Assembly (NCBI GenBank): GCA_038727515.1
Contig: JAVYVS010000002.1
Span: forward strand, 243,699-307,698
Origin: Candidatus Methanomethylicia archaeon
Lineage (GTDB): Archaea > Thermoproteota > Methanomethylicia > Culexarchaeales > Culexarchaeaceae
Reading direction: 5' to 3'
DNA: 64,000 nucleotides
The notes under the pieces are model-generated. The model worked only from the letters and a program-made list of their open reading frames with translations. It had not been told where the DNA came from and did no database searches. Shown here one piece after another: positions 46,971 to 55,842 of the stretch (position 1 is the stretch's first letter; every line of letters begins with the position of its first letter). The position numbers were made by a program, and so were the translations under genes.

Positions 46971-49361
46971 ATGGTTGATAGTGTTAGAATAGGCGTTTAT
47001 GTTTGTCATTGTGGTGGGAATATCTCTAATGTTGTTAATATAAGTGAGGTTATAAATGCAATAAGGAATGTTGAAGGTGTTGTAATTGTTAGGGATAATG
47101 AACATGTATGTTCTGAAGCTGGTCAAAGGGAGATTCAAGAAGATATAAAGAGGCTTAATTTAAATAGAGTTGTCATTGCTGCTTGTTCCCCAAAGTTTCA
47201 TGGCCCCACATTTATGAAACTTATTGAAGAATCTGGTTTAAATCCATATCTCTTTGAAATGGTTAATATTAGGGAGCAGGATTCTTGGGTTCATTCCAAT
47301 GATCCTAAGGGTGCTACGATTAAAGCTATTGACCAGATAATGGCTGCAATTGCTAAAGTCAAATTTAATGAGCCTTTACAGCCTAAGGAGGTTAAGATTG
47401 GTAATAGGGTTTTAGTTATTGGTGGTGGTATTTCTGGTATTCAGACTGCTCTAGATCTAGCTGATTCAGGTTGTAAAGTTTACTTGGTTGAAAGGGAGCC
47501 GATGATTGGTGGTAGAATGGCTCAATTAAGTTATACATTTCCAACAGATGATTGTTCTTTATGTATTTTATCGCCGAAGATGGCTGCCGTATATAATCAT
47601 CCAAATATAACATTGTTAACTTATAGTGAAGTTGAAGATGTTAGTGGTAGTGTAGGTGATTTTCATGTTAAAGTTAAAGTTAAACCTAGATATGTTGATA
47701 TGGATAAGTGTGTAGCTTGTGGAATTTGTGCATCTAAGTGTCCAGCATCTGCTCCAGATGAATTTAATTATGGTCTTAGAACTAGAAGAGCTATTTATGT
47801 TCCACATGAGATGGCTGTTCCATACAAGTATCTCATAGATTCAAAATCTTGTTTATATTTCCTGAAGGGTATATGTAGAGTTTGTGAGAGGGTTTGTCCT
47901 CAAAAAGCTGTGAATTTTAATGATTCAGAGAGGATTTTGGATTTAGTTGTTGATGCTATTGTTGTCGCCACTGGTTATGATCCTTTTGATGCAACTAAAC
48001 TTAAACAATATGGTTATGGTGTTTACAAGAATGTTATTATAGCACCACAATTGGAGAGGATGGTTATGCCTGTAGGTCCAACTGGTGGTAAGGTCGTTAG
48101 ATTATCTGATGGTCAACTCGCCAAGAAGATTGCATTTATACATTGTGTTGGTTCTAGAGATGAACAAATTGGTAGACCTGGATGTTCTAGAGTTTGCTGT
48201 ATGTATAGTATTAAGCAGGCTATGACTCTTAAAAGGCAGGATGTAACTAGGGATGTACATTTATTTTATATTGATATTAGAGCTTATGGTAAAGGTTTTG
48301 AAGAATACTATAGTAGAGCTCAAGATTTAGGTGTTAAATTCATTAGGGGGAAGGTTAGTGAAGTTATTGAGGATCCAGTTACAAATAAGCTTATTGTTAG
48401 AGCTGAAGATACTTTGACTGGAAGGTTTATTGAAGATGAATTTGACTTAGTTGTTTTGTCTGTTGGTCTCGTCCCTTCCCATGGCTCTGAGGATTTAGCT
48501 AAAAAGTTGAAGTTGAATATTGGACCAGATGGATTCTTTTTAGAAGCTCATCCAAAGTATAGGCCTGTGGATACCCTTAGGGAGGGTGTATTTATATGTG
48601 GTTGTGCTCAGGGACCAAAGGATATTGCTGATTCAGTGGCTCAAGCTAGTGCTGCTGCTGGAAGGGTTTTAAGATTGATTAGTCAGGGTAAGATTCTTGT
48701 TGAACCTATAAAAGCTTATGTTTTAAGTGATTTATGTAATGGCTGTGGTATATGTATTGATAAATGTCCTCTTGGAGCCATAAGTATGGTTGATGGGAAA
48801 GCCATTATTAGTGATGCTTTATGCGTTGGTTGTGGGAGTTGTATTCCATACTGTCCACAAAGTGCAATTGAATTGAGGCATTACACTGAAAAACAGATTT
48901 TAAGTCAAATTGAAGCTGCCCTTAAAAGTAAGGGTGAGGGTGAAATTAGAGTTATAGCATTCTTTGATGATTCATGTACTTATAGAGCTGCAGATCTTGC
49001 TGGTACTAGTAGATTGATTTATGATGATAGAGTTAGAGTTATAAGTGTTCCTAGCGCTAGTAGACTTACACCTAGAATTATTTTAAGTGCATTTAAGTAT
49101 GGTGCTGATGGTGTTTTCATTGGAGATTGTCTTCCAGGAGCTTCACCATATCATCCAAAAGTTTTAGATGTAATTAATGATGTTATTAGGGATGTGAGAA
49201 CTCAGATGAGAAAGTTTAGGATTGATGCTAGGAGATTGAAGTTTGATACTATTGCTGTTGATATGGCTGAGAGATTAGTTAAAGATTTAGAGGATTTGAT
49301 TTCTATTATAGAGAGGTTGGGGCCTTTAAAGGTTGAGGAGAGAATTAGAATTAAGGTTTAG
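46971..49361 (+). CDS. hdrA: HdrA fused to a C-terminal MvhD-like domain
   Basis: CHCGG, GGGISG, TFPTDDCSLC, CSRVCCMYSIK; from about 48943 YRAADLAG..AFKYGADGV MvhD-like domain. Confidence 0.92.
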   Translation: MVDSVRIGVYVCHCGGNISNVVNISEVINAIRNVEGVVIVRDNEHVCSEAGQREIQEDIKRLNLNRVVIAACSPKFHGPTFMKLIEESGLNPYLFEMVNIREQDSWVHSNDPKGATIKAIDQIMAAIAKVKFNEPLQPKEVKIGNRVLVIGGGISGIQTALDLADSGCKVYLVEREPMIGGRMAQLSYTFPTDDCSLCILSPKMAAVYNHPNITLLTYSEVEDVSGSVGDFHVKVKVKPRYVDMDKCVACGICASKCPASAPDEFNYGLRTRRAIYVPHEMAVPYKYLIDSKSCLYFLKGICRVCERVCPQKAVNFNDSERILDLVVDAIVVATGYDPFDATKLKQYGYGVYKNVIIAPQLERMVMPVGPTGGKVVRLSDGQLAKKIAFIHCVGSRDEQIGRPGCSRVCCMYSIKQAMTLKRQDVTRDVHLFYIDIRAYGKGFEEYYSRAQDLGVKFIRGKVSEVIEDPVTNKLIVRAEDTLTGRFIEDEFDLVVLSVGLVPSHGSEDLAKKLKLNIGPDGFFLEAHPKYRPVDTLREGVFICGCAQGPKDIADSVAQASAAAGRVLRLISQGKILVEPIKAYVLSDLCNGCGICIDKCPLGAISMVDGKAIISDALCVGCGSCIPYCPQSAIELRHYTEKQILSQIEAALKSKGEGEIRVIAFFDDSCTYRAADLAGTSRLIYDDRVRVISVPSASRLTPRIILSAFKYGADGVFIGDCLPGASPYHPKVLDVINDVIRDVRTQMRKFRIDARRLKFDTIAVDMAERLVKDLEDLISIIERLGPLKVEERIRIKV

Positions 49362-49372
49362 GGGGTGAAGTT

Positions 49373-49744
49373 GTGTTTAAAGGTTTAGCTCAAACAGTTT
49401 ATGAATTAAGTGGGAAGAATCCATATCTATGTTTTCAATGTGGAATTTGTAGTAGTAGTTGTCCTATGATTAAAGATATGGACATACCTCCACATCAAGT
49501 TATACGTATGATTCAATTAGATATACAAGAAGTTTTGAATTGTAAAACTATATGGGTTTGTGCATCTTGTAATACATGTACAGCTAGATGTCCAAGAGAT
49601 GTAGATCCAGCTAGAATTATAAATGTCCTTAGAACTATTATGCAGAGGAAGAATGTTTATCCATTGGATTTAAGGAAAGTTAAGGGTTTAGATGAGATTC
49701 CTCAAATAGCTTTGATTTCTGCATCTAGAAAGCTTACGGGGTGA
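49373..49744 (+). CDS. hdrC: Heterodisulfide reductase subunit C-like
   Basis: CFQCGICSSSCP, WVCASCNTCTARCP. Confidence 0.9.
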   Translation: MFKGLAQTVYELSGKNPYLCFQCGICSSSCPMIKDMDIPPHQVIRMIQLDIQEVLNCKTIWVCASCNTCTARCPRDVDPARIINVLRTIMQRKNVYPLDLRKVKGLDEIPQIALISASRKLTG

Positions 49745-49750
49745 TGGGTT

Positions 49751-50605
49751 TTGAAGTTTATGTATTATCCTGGTTGTTCAGTTAAAGATTATGCTAAGGT
49801 TTATGAAGAAACTGCATTATCAGTTTTAAAATTGTTCAATGTTGAACTTGTTGAACTTAATAGATGGAATTGTTGTGGCGTTGTTTATGAGCATGCTACT
49901 GATGCTATTATGCAGCACATTGCATCTCTTAGAGATCTTATAAGAGCTCAAGAATTTATGAATGATATTGGGGATAATAGACTTGTAACGCTTTGTTCAA
50001 TGTGTTATAATACTTTGAAGAAAGTTAATGAAATTGTCATAAATGATTCTGAGAAACTCAAGAATTTATGTGATTATATGGATGATGAACCAAAGTATAA
50101 TTGTGGTGTTGATGTTAAATATATTCTTGAATTGATTGTTGATGATAGTATAATAGGACTTAATAAGATCAGTAGTAACGTTAAAAGAGACCTTAAGAGT
50201 TTGAAGGTTGCACCCTTCTATGGATGTGCAATACTGAGGCCTAAAGGTATTGGAATTGATGATCCTGAGGATCCACATATATTGTCAGATTTAATATCTA
50301 GTTTAGGCGCTAAACCCATTAAATTCCCATATGAAAAGAAGTGTTGTGGTTCTTATAATGTTGTTTATGATAGAAGTATAGTTGAGAGAACCGTTAGTGA
50401 AATTGTTAAAGCTGCATCTAGGTGGGGTGCTGACATCATTATAACTACATGTCCACTTTGCCACTATAATTTAAACCTTGTTAAGAGCAAATTTAATATA
50501 CCTACAATATACTTTACTGAGTTGATGGCTTATGCCCTTGGTATTGATGATAAAATTCCACCGGAAACTCTTTTAATATTAAGAAGTAAATTTGGTGGTG
50601 GATGA
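49751..50605 (+). CDS. hdrB: Heterodisulfide reductase subunit B-like
   Basis: YPGC, NCCG, LCSMC, FYGC, KCCG, TCPLC all intact. Confidence 0.9.
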   Translation: MKFMYYPGCSVKDYAKVYEETALSVLKLFNVELVELNRWNCCGVVYEHATDAIMQHIASLRDLIRAQEFMNDIGDNRLVTLCSMCYNTLKKVNEIVINDSEKLKNLCDYMDDEPKYNCGVDVKYILELIVDDSIIGLNKISSNVKRDLKSLKVAPFYGCAILRPKGIGIDDPEDPHILSDLISSLGAKPIKFPYEKKCCGSYNVVYDRSIVERTVSEIVKAASRWGADIIITTCPLCHYNLNLVKSKFNIPTIYFTELMAYALGIDDKIPPETLLILRSKFGGG

Positions 50606-51306
50606 ATATGGTGGAAAAACTGGCGCAAAGATTTGTGAAGATATACATTATGGGTAAAGAGTATGAGGTTCCAGAGGGTATAACCATAATGAAAGCAGTT
50701 GAATATGCTGGTTACCAGTATATTAGAGGTGCTGGATGTAGAGGTGGATTTTGTGGTGCATGTGCAACAATATATAGGCTTAAGGGTGATTATAGACTTT
50801 ATACAGCTCTTGCATGTCAAACAACTGTTAAAGATGGTATGTATCTTGTTCAAATACCATTCTCCCCTGCTGAAAAAGTTAGATATAATATTGAGGAGCT
50901 AAAGCCTACTGGTTCAACTGTATTGGCTTTGTATCCTGAAATTGCTAGATGTGTTGCTTGTAATGCATGTACAAAAGCTTGTCCACAAGAATTGCAAGTT
51001 ATGGATGCTATACAGATGATTAAGAGGGGAGATTTATCGAAAGCTGCTGAATTATGTTTTGATTGTATATCATGTGGACTTTGTAGTATAAGGTGTCCAG
51101 CTGAAATAATACATTACCACGTTTTTCAATTGGTTAGGAGACTTTATGGAAAATATATTGCGCCAAAGGCTAAGCATCTTGATATTAGAGTAAAAGAGGT
51201 TATTGAAGGTAAATTTGATGAAGAATTAAATAAACTTATCAAAATGAGTCCCGCCGAACTCAAGAAATTATATGATAGTAGGGAGATTGAAAGTCCGGAG
51301 GGGTGA
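50602..51306 (+). CDS. Fumarate reductase/succinate dehydrogenase-like Fe-S subunit ([2Fe-2S] + 2x[4Fe-4S])
   Basis: GCRGGFCGAC..LACQT, CVACNACTKACP, CISCGLCSIRCP. Confidence 0.82.
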   Translation: MNMVEKLAQRFVKIYIMGKEYEVPEGITIMKAVEYAGYQYIRGAGCRGGFCGACATIYRLKGDYRLYTALACQTTVKDGMYLVQIPFSPAEKVRYNIEELKPTGSTVLALYPEIARCVACNACTKACPQELQVMDAIQMIKRGDLSKAAELCFDCISCGLCSIRCPAEIIHYHVFQLVRRLYGKYIAPKAKHLDIRVKEVIEGKFDEELNKLIKMSPAELKKLYDSREIESPEG

Positions 51307-51309
51307 GAT

Positions 51310-52986
51310 ATGTCGCAAAAGATCGGTTATCCCGATTATATGAGGGATTTAATAAAAATTGTTGAAGAAACTAGAGATAGAAGGCTTAAGGAGAGATATA
51401 GAAGGCTTAGTCCAGATGAAAAGAATGAACTCCTTAAAACTTGGCATCCAGACTATAAAGAGGGTACTAAGAGACCTCTAAAGATTGGTCCAAGCGCGGG
51501 ATTAATGGTTCCACATGAAGTTGCCGATTTAATAGAAGCATATCCATTGGTGGAACCTAATGATATAGATTTGAGTAAAGTTGATTATGATGTAGATTTA
51601 CTTGTGATCGGTGGAGGTGGAGCTGGGACTTCAGCTGCTATATGGGCTAATATTGAGGGTATACCATCAGAAAATATACTTATAGCAACGAAACTTAGAT
51701 TTGGAGATGCAAATACGAAAATGGCTCAAGGAGGTATACAGGCTGCTGATAGACCTAATGATAGTCCAGCTATACACTTTATAGATATAATGGGTGGAGG
51801 TCAATATACAAATGATCCTGAACTTGTAATGGAGTTAGTTAAAGATGCACCCTTCATAATAAAATGGCTTGAAGATTTAGGTGTAATGTTTGATAAGGAA
51901 CCTGATGGAACTATGATTGAATTATCTGGTGGTGGCACTTCGAGGAATAGGATGCATGCAGCAAAGGATTATACTGGTCTTGAAATTATGCGTGTATTAA
52001 TGGATGAAGCATTAAATAGAGGTATAAGAGTATTGGAATTTACACCAGCCATAGAATTATTAACTGATGATTTTGGTAATAGAATTACGGGAGCAGTTCT
52101 CTGGAATATGGAAACAAAGGAGTATTATGTTGTTAGGAGTAAAGCCGTTATTTTAGCTACTGGAGGTTATGGTAGACTTCATATACAGAATTATCCAACA
52201 ACAAATCATTATGGAGCAACCATGGATGGAGTTGTATTAGCATATAGAGTTGGTGCAAAATTAAGGGATTTAGATGCAACTCAATATCATCCAACTGGAG
52301 CTGCATATCCAGATCAAATACTAGGCCTCTTAATAACTGAGAAAGTTAGATCTATGGGTGCACAACTTGTTAATATTGATGGAGAACAATTTGTTTATCC
52401 ATTGGAAACAAGAGATGCTGTTTCTGCAGCTATCATAAGGGAGTGTTATGGTAGAGATAAAGGTGTTAAAACGCCTACTGGAGTTAGAGGTGTATGGCTT
52501 GATACACCAATGGTAGATATGATTAGGGGGGAGGGTGCCACTAAGAGATATCTATCATCAGTTTATAGGATGTATGCTAGGTTTGGAATAGATGTAACAA
52601 AAGAGCCTATTCTAGTATTTCCAACATTGCATTATATGAATGGTGGTGTTTGTATAAATAAGTATGCTCAAGTTTTAGGTTGTAATGGTGTAATAGAAGG
52701 ATTCTTTGCTGCTGGTGAAACCACTGGTGGTGTTCATGGTAAGAATAGGCTTATGGGTAACTCCTTACTGGAGGTAACAGTTTATGGTAGAAGAGCTGGG
52801 ATTTCAGCTGCAAAGTATATTAAAAGTGGTGTTGGATTTGGAAAATTAACATTGAACCATGTAATACGATTCAAACAAGAACTTGAAAAGCTTGGGGTTC
52901 CTAGAAGTAGACGTTCTCCAATGCTACTACCAGAGTATAGAGGTGAAAAAGTTTTATCAAAAGCTATACCAATATTCCCAATATAA
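51310..52986 (+). CDS. Fumarate reductase-like flavoprotein (soluble, TfrA-like)
   Basis: GGGGAG, MAQGG, QYHPT, ITEKVR, TRD, HYMNGG, HGKNRLMGNSL. Confidence 0.85.
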   Translation: MSQKIGYPDYMRDLIKIVEETRDRRLKERYRRLSPDEKNELLKTWHPDYKEGTKRPLKIGPSAGLMVPHEVADLIEAYPLVEPNDIDLSKVDYDVDLLVIGGGGAGTSAAIWANIEGIPSENILIATKLRFGDANTKMAQGGIQAADRPNDSPAIHFIDIMGGGQYTNDPELVMELVKDAPFIIKWLEDLGVMFDKEPDGTMIELSGGGTSRNRMHAAKDYTGLEIMRVLMDEALNRGIRVLEFTPAIELLTDDFGNRITGAVLWNMETKEYYVVRSKAVILATGGYGRLHIQNYPTTNHYGATMDGVVLAYRVGAKLRDLDATQYHPTGAAYPDQILGLLITEKVRSMGAQLVNIDGEQFVYPLETRDAVSAAIIRECYGRDKGVKTPTGVRGVWLDTPMVDMIRGEGATKRYLSSVYRMYARFGIDVTKEPILVFPTLHYMNGGVCINKYAQVLGCNGVIEGFFAAGETTGGVHGKNRLMGNSLLEVTVYGRRAGISAAKYIKSGVGFGKLTLNHVIRFKQELEKLGVPRSRRSPMLLPEYRGEKVLSKAIPIFPI

Positions 52987-53024
52987 CCAACTTTTTATTT
53001 CATAATTAACTTTAATTTACATGG

Positions 53025-53037
53025 TAAACTATTTAAG
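53025..53037 (+). promoter_or_regulatory. Probable TATA box starting a second transcription unit at the GcvH-like gene
   Basis: TAAACTATTTAAG about 38 nt upstream of ATG 53075; a T-tract follows the upstream stop codon (52992-53000). Confidence 0.45.
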
Positions 53038-53074
53038 AAGTTGAGTATAATCTTATTTGTCGTGGTGTTGCATT

Positions 53075-53470
53075 ATGAGTGAGAAGTATATTTTGCGTGA
53101 AGGCTTCTATTATATTCCAGATCATACATGGGTTGAAGTACTTCCAGATGGAACTGTTAGAGTTGGTATAACTGATTATGCTCAAAAGATGTTGAAGACT
53201 GTTAGAAGAGTTAGATTGGAGAATGTTGGAACAGAAGTTTCACAGTATGAACCTTTTGGAGTTATTGAATCAACGAAGGCTACTAGTGATTTAATAGCTC
53301 CCGTTAGTGGAATTATAAAGCAAGTTAATGAGAGAGTTTTAAAACAACCTTCTCTTGTAAATGTAGATCCATATGGTGCCGGATGGTTAGTTATAATTCA
53401 ACCTACAAAATGGGATGAAGAAAAGGATGAACTTCTAACAGCAGAAGAATATTCTCAATACCAGCAATAG
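53075..53470 (+). CDS. gcvH: Lipoyl-carrier protein (glycine cleavage H-protein family)
   Basis: HTW, GITDYAQ, IESTKATSDL (lipoyl-Lys), VNVDPYGAGWL; ATG 53075 after GGTG. Confidence 0.9.
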   Translation: MSEKYILREGFYYIPDHTWVEVLPDGTVRVGITDYAQKMLKTVRRVRLENVGTEVSQYEPFGVIESTKATSDLIAPVSGIIKQVNERVLKQPSLVNVDPYGAGWLVIIQPTKWDEEKDELLTAEEYSQYQQ

Positions 53471-53488
53471 CATCTAGAGGCGTATACT

Positions 53489-53947
53489 TTGGGATTTGAA
53501 GAGCAAAAAGTTTTATTCTATGATGCAAAAAAATGTTCAGGATGTCTATATTGCATGGAGGTCTGTTCATATAAGCATTATGGAGTAGTGGATATTGAAA
53601 AAGCTTTTCTAATGGTTGCATTAAATCCTGAGGGGAATCCTCTTTTCATAAATAATTATTGTAGTCATTGTCAGGATCCATTTTGTATGGCTGCATGTCC
53701 AGTTGAGCCTAAAGCTATAAGTAAAGATCCCAATACTGGATTTGTGTTGATAAATCCAGCTTTATGTATTGGTTGTAGAAGCTGTAATTATGCATGTCCA
53801 ATAGCAATACCATATTTTAATGAGAAGCTTAGGGTTAGCGTTAAATGTGATGCATGTAAAGGTGAATTTCTATGCGCAAAATATTGTAGTACTGGTGCTC
53901 TTCAAGTTGTATCTAGAATTGAAGCTTTAAAGAGGTTAAAATCATGA
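53489..53947 (+). CDS. 4x[4Fe-4S] electron-transfer protein (HycB/CooF/DmsB-like)
   Basis: CSGCLYCMEVC, CSHCQDPFCMAACP, CIGCRSCNYACP, CDAC; TTG start after GAGG. Confidence 0.88.
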   Translation: MGFEEQKVLFYDAKKCSGCLYCMEVCSYKHYGVVDIEKAFLMVALNPEGNPLFINNYCSHCQDPFCMAACPVEPKAISKDPNTGFVLINPALCIGCRSCNYACPIAIPYFNEKLRVSVKCDACKGEFLCAKYCSTGALQVVSRIEALKRLKS

Positions 53948-54222
53948 GTGAGCAAGAATTAAATAAATATCCATTGAGGAAAAGTATTATTGGATTGCAA
54001 GATTCACTTAAATCTCCAATTAAGAACATCCTTAGTGTAGGTCATGTTCCAATATTCTCTAGATATATTCAGAGGGTTAGAACTAAAATCGGTTTACCAG
54101 GAGTTCCGCCAACAGCATATAGCGATAAAAATGTCGTTGCTCAAATATTAGATTTAGCAAGAGCAGTAAATGTTGAAGGTAAAATTGGATTTGACACTAA
54201 TAAGAAGAATTTCAAATATTAA
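53944..54222 (+). CDS. Cysteine-free protein resembling the C-terminal arm of methanogen HdrC
   Basis: GHVP..RTKIGLPGVPPT..IGFD resembles the HdrC tail GHAVP..R..LGL...PPT..IG(F/Y)D; lies directly before hdrB. Confidence 0.6.
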   Translation: MSEQELNKYPLRKSIIGLQDSLKSPIKNILSVGHVPIFSRYIQRVRTKIGLPGVPPTAYSDKNVVAQILDLARAVNVEGKIGFDTNKKNFKY

Positions 54223-54232
54223 TGGTGATTTT

Positions 54233-55096
54233 ATGGTTGATTATAGCTTATTTTTAGGTTGTTACATACCCGCTATGCAACCTTTTGTAGAAGCCTCCAT
54301 GAGAAGGATTAGTCAAAAGATTGGAATTAATTTAATAGACATAAATGGTGCTACATGCTGTCCTGTCCCTGAAATAACTAGACTTGTTGATGAAGAATTA
54401 TGGCTTACAGTTGCAGCTAGAAATATAGCTTTAGCTGAAAAAATAGGAAAAGATATTATGGTAATGTGTAATGGGTGTTGGGAAACACTATATGAAGTTA
54501 ATGAACATTTAATACATTCAAAGGAAATTATGGATAAAATTAATGCTAACCTCAACAGTTTTGAATTAAAATTTAACGGTATTATAAAGGTTAAGCATTA
54601 TGTTGAAGTATTATTTGAAGACGTAGGTTTAAATGTTATTAAGGAGAATGTTAAGGTTAATTTAAGTAAATTTAAATTTGCACTTCACCCTGGATGTAAA
54701 TTGTATAAAATGGTTGATGAAAAGGGTGCAAGATATCTTAAAGAGATTGTAAAAGCATTGAATGTTGAAATAGTTGATTATGGTTTAGAAAGGGTTTGTT
54801 GTGGATATCCATTAATGCTTTATTCAGTTGATAAAGCTATGAGGGAAAGAACTAAATGGAAATTGGATTCAATAAAGAATTCTGGTGCAGATGCTATAAT
54901 TGTAGCTTGTCCTGCATGCTATGATCAATTTGAGAAAACACAATTAACTTTGAAGGATGAAGGTATTGAATATGGGATTCCAGTGCTTCATTTAAGTGAG
55001 TTAATTGCTTTAAGCTTTGGTATTCCACCCAGAGATGTTGGTTTAGATTCCCATGGTATTTCAACTGATAAAATAATTAGTGGATTGGTGAGTTAA
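54233..55096 (+). CDS. hdrB: Heterodisulfide reductase subunit B (methanogen-like N-terminal motifs)
   Basis: FLGC, GATCCPVP, AARNIALAE, CNGC, HPGC, VCCG, ACPAC; ATG 54233 after GGTGA. Confidence 0.9.
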   Translation: MVDYSLFLGCYIPAMQPFVEASMRRISQKIGINLIDINGATCCPVPEITRLVDEELWLTVAARNIALAEKIGKDIMVMCNGCWETLYEVNEHLIHSKEIMDKINANLNSFELKFNGIIKVKHYVEVLFEDVGLNVIKENVKVNLSKFKFALHPGCKLYKMVDEKGARYLKEIVKALNVEIVDYGLERVCCGYPLMLYSVDKAMRERTKWKLDSIKNSGADAIIVACPACYDQFEKTQLTLKDEGIEYGIPVLHLSELIALSFGIPPRDVGLDSHGISTDKIISGLVS

Positions 55097-55097
55097 T

Positions 55098-55559
55098 ATG
55101 GGTATAAAACAAAAGATGTTTAAATATGCTCCATGGATATATCATCTTCATGCTGGTGGATGTAATGGATGTGACATTGAACTTGTAGCTGCACTTACAC
55201 CTAGATTTGACGTTGAACGTTTTGGTATTAAACTAGTTTCTTCCCCTAGATATGCAGATTTATTAATTGTTACAGGACCTGTTACAAAACATATTGCACC
55301 ATTTATGAAGAGAGTTTATATACAGGTTCCAAATTCAAAAGTTGTTATTGCTCTTGGAGCTTGTGCTTGCTCTGGTGGTATATTCAATGATGTGGATGGC
55401 GAAGAAACTTATGCTATTATCGGTGGAACTGATAAGATAATACCGGTGGATGTTTATGTTCCTGGATGTCCGCCTAAACCTGAAGCTATAATTAATGGTG
55501 TTATTAAGGCCATTGAAATATTAAGTAATAAGTGTAGAGGTGGGAAAATTGAAAATTAA
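55098..55559 (+). CDS. Group 4 [NiFe] hydrogenase small subunit (NuoB-like)
   Basis: GCNGCDIE, GACACSGG, VPGCPP. Confidence 0.92.
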   Translation: MGIKQKMFKYAPWIYHLHAGGCNGCDIELVAALTPRFDVERFGIKLVSSPRYADLLIVTGPVTKHIAPFMKRVYIQVPNSKVVIALGACACSGGIFNDVDGEETYAIIGGTDKIIPVDVYVPGCPPKPEAIINGVIKAIEILSNKCRGGKIEN

Positions 55560-55842
55560 ATATAGTTATATGCCAATTATAATATCAATATTACTAATAA
55601 CTTTTTGTTTCTGGATGATACCATTTATATCAAATTTTATCCTACTAGTATTTCTTGTTGAAGTAGCTTCAGCAGCAACATTTTATTTAACATTTATAGT
55701 TTTAACCCTTTGGAGTCAATCTCATAGTATTGATTTAGAATCAATATTTATGTGTGGACTTGCAAAACCCCCATACATTTCATTAGATGAAATATACCTT
55801 TATAATATACCATTTATGGAGGTTGAAAGAGGTGAACATTGA
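55549..55842 (+). CDS. Small membrane subunit of the hydrogenase complex
   Basis: Two TM segments then FMCG; overlaps both neighbours; TTG 55549 after GAGGTG. Confidence 0.65.
   Translation: MKIKYSYMPIIISILLITFCFWMIPFISNFILLVFLVEVASAATFYLTFIVLTLWSQSHSIDLESIFMCGLAKPPYISLDEIYLYNIPFMEVERGEH

Noticed and set aside
53075-53470. Calling the cluster a sulfur-oxidising sHdr-LbpA system
   Set aside because: Gene order is not sHdrC1B1AHC2B2, no TusA/DsrE/rhodanese is present, and the carrier from ATG 53075 has no cysteines
55787-55842. Frameshift or non-canonical start at the small membrane gene/MrpD-like junction
   Set aside because: An in-frame GTG at 55832 with a GGAGG RBS explains the junction as a normal short overlap
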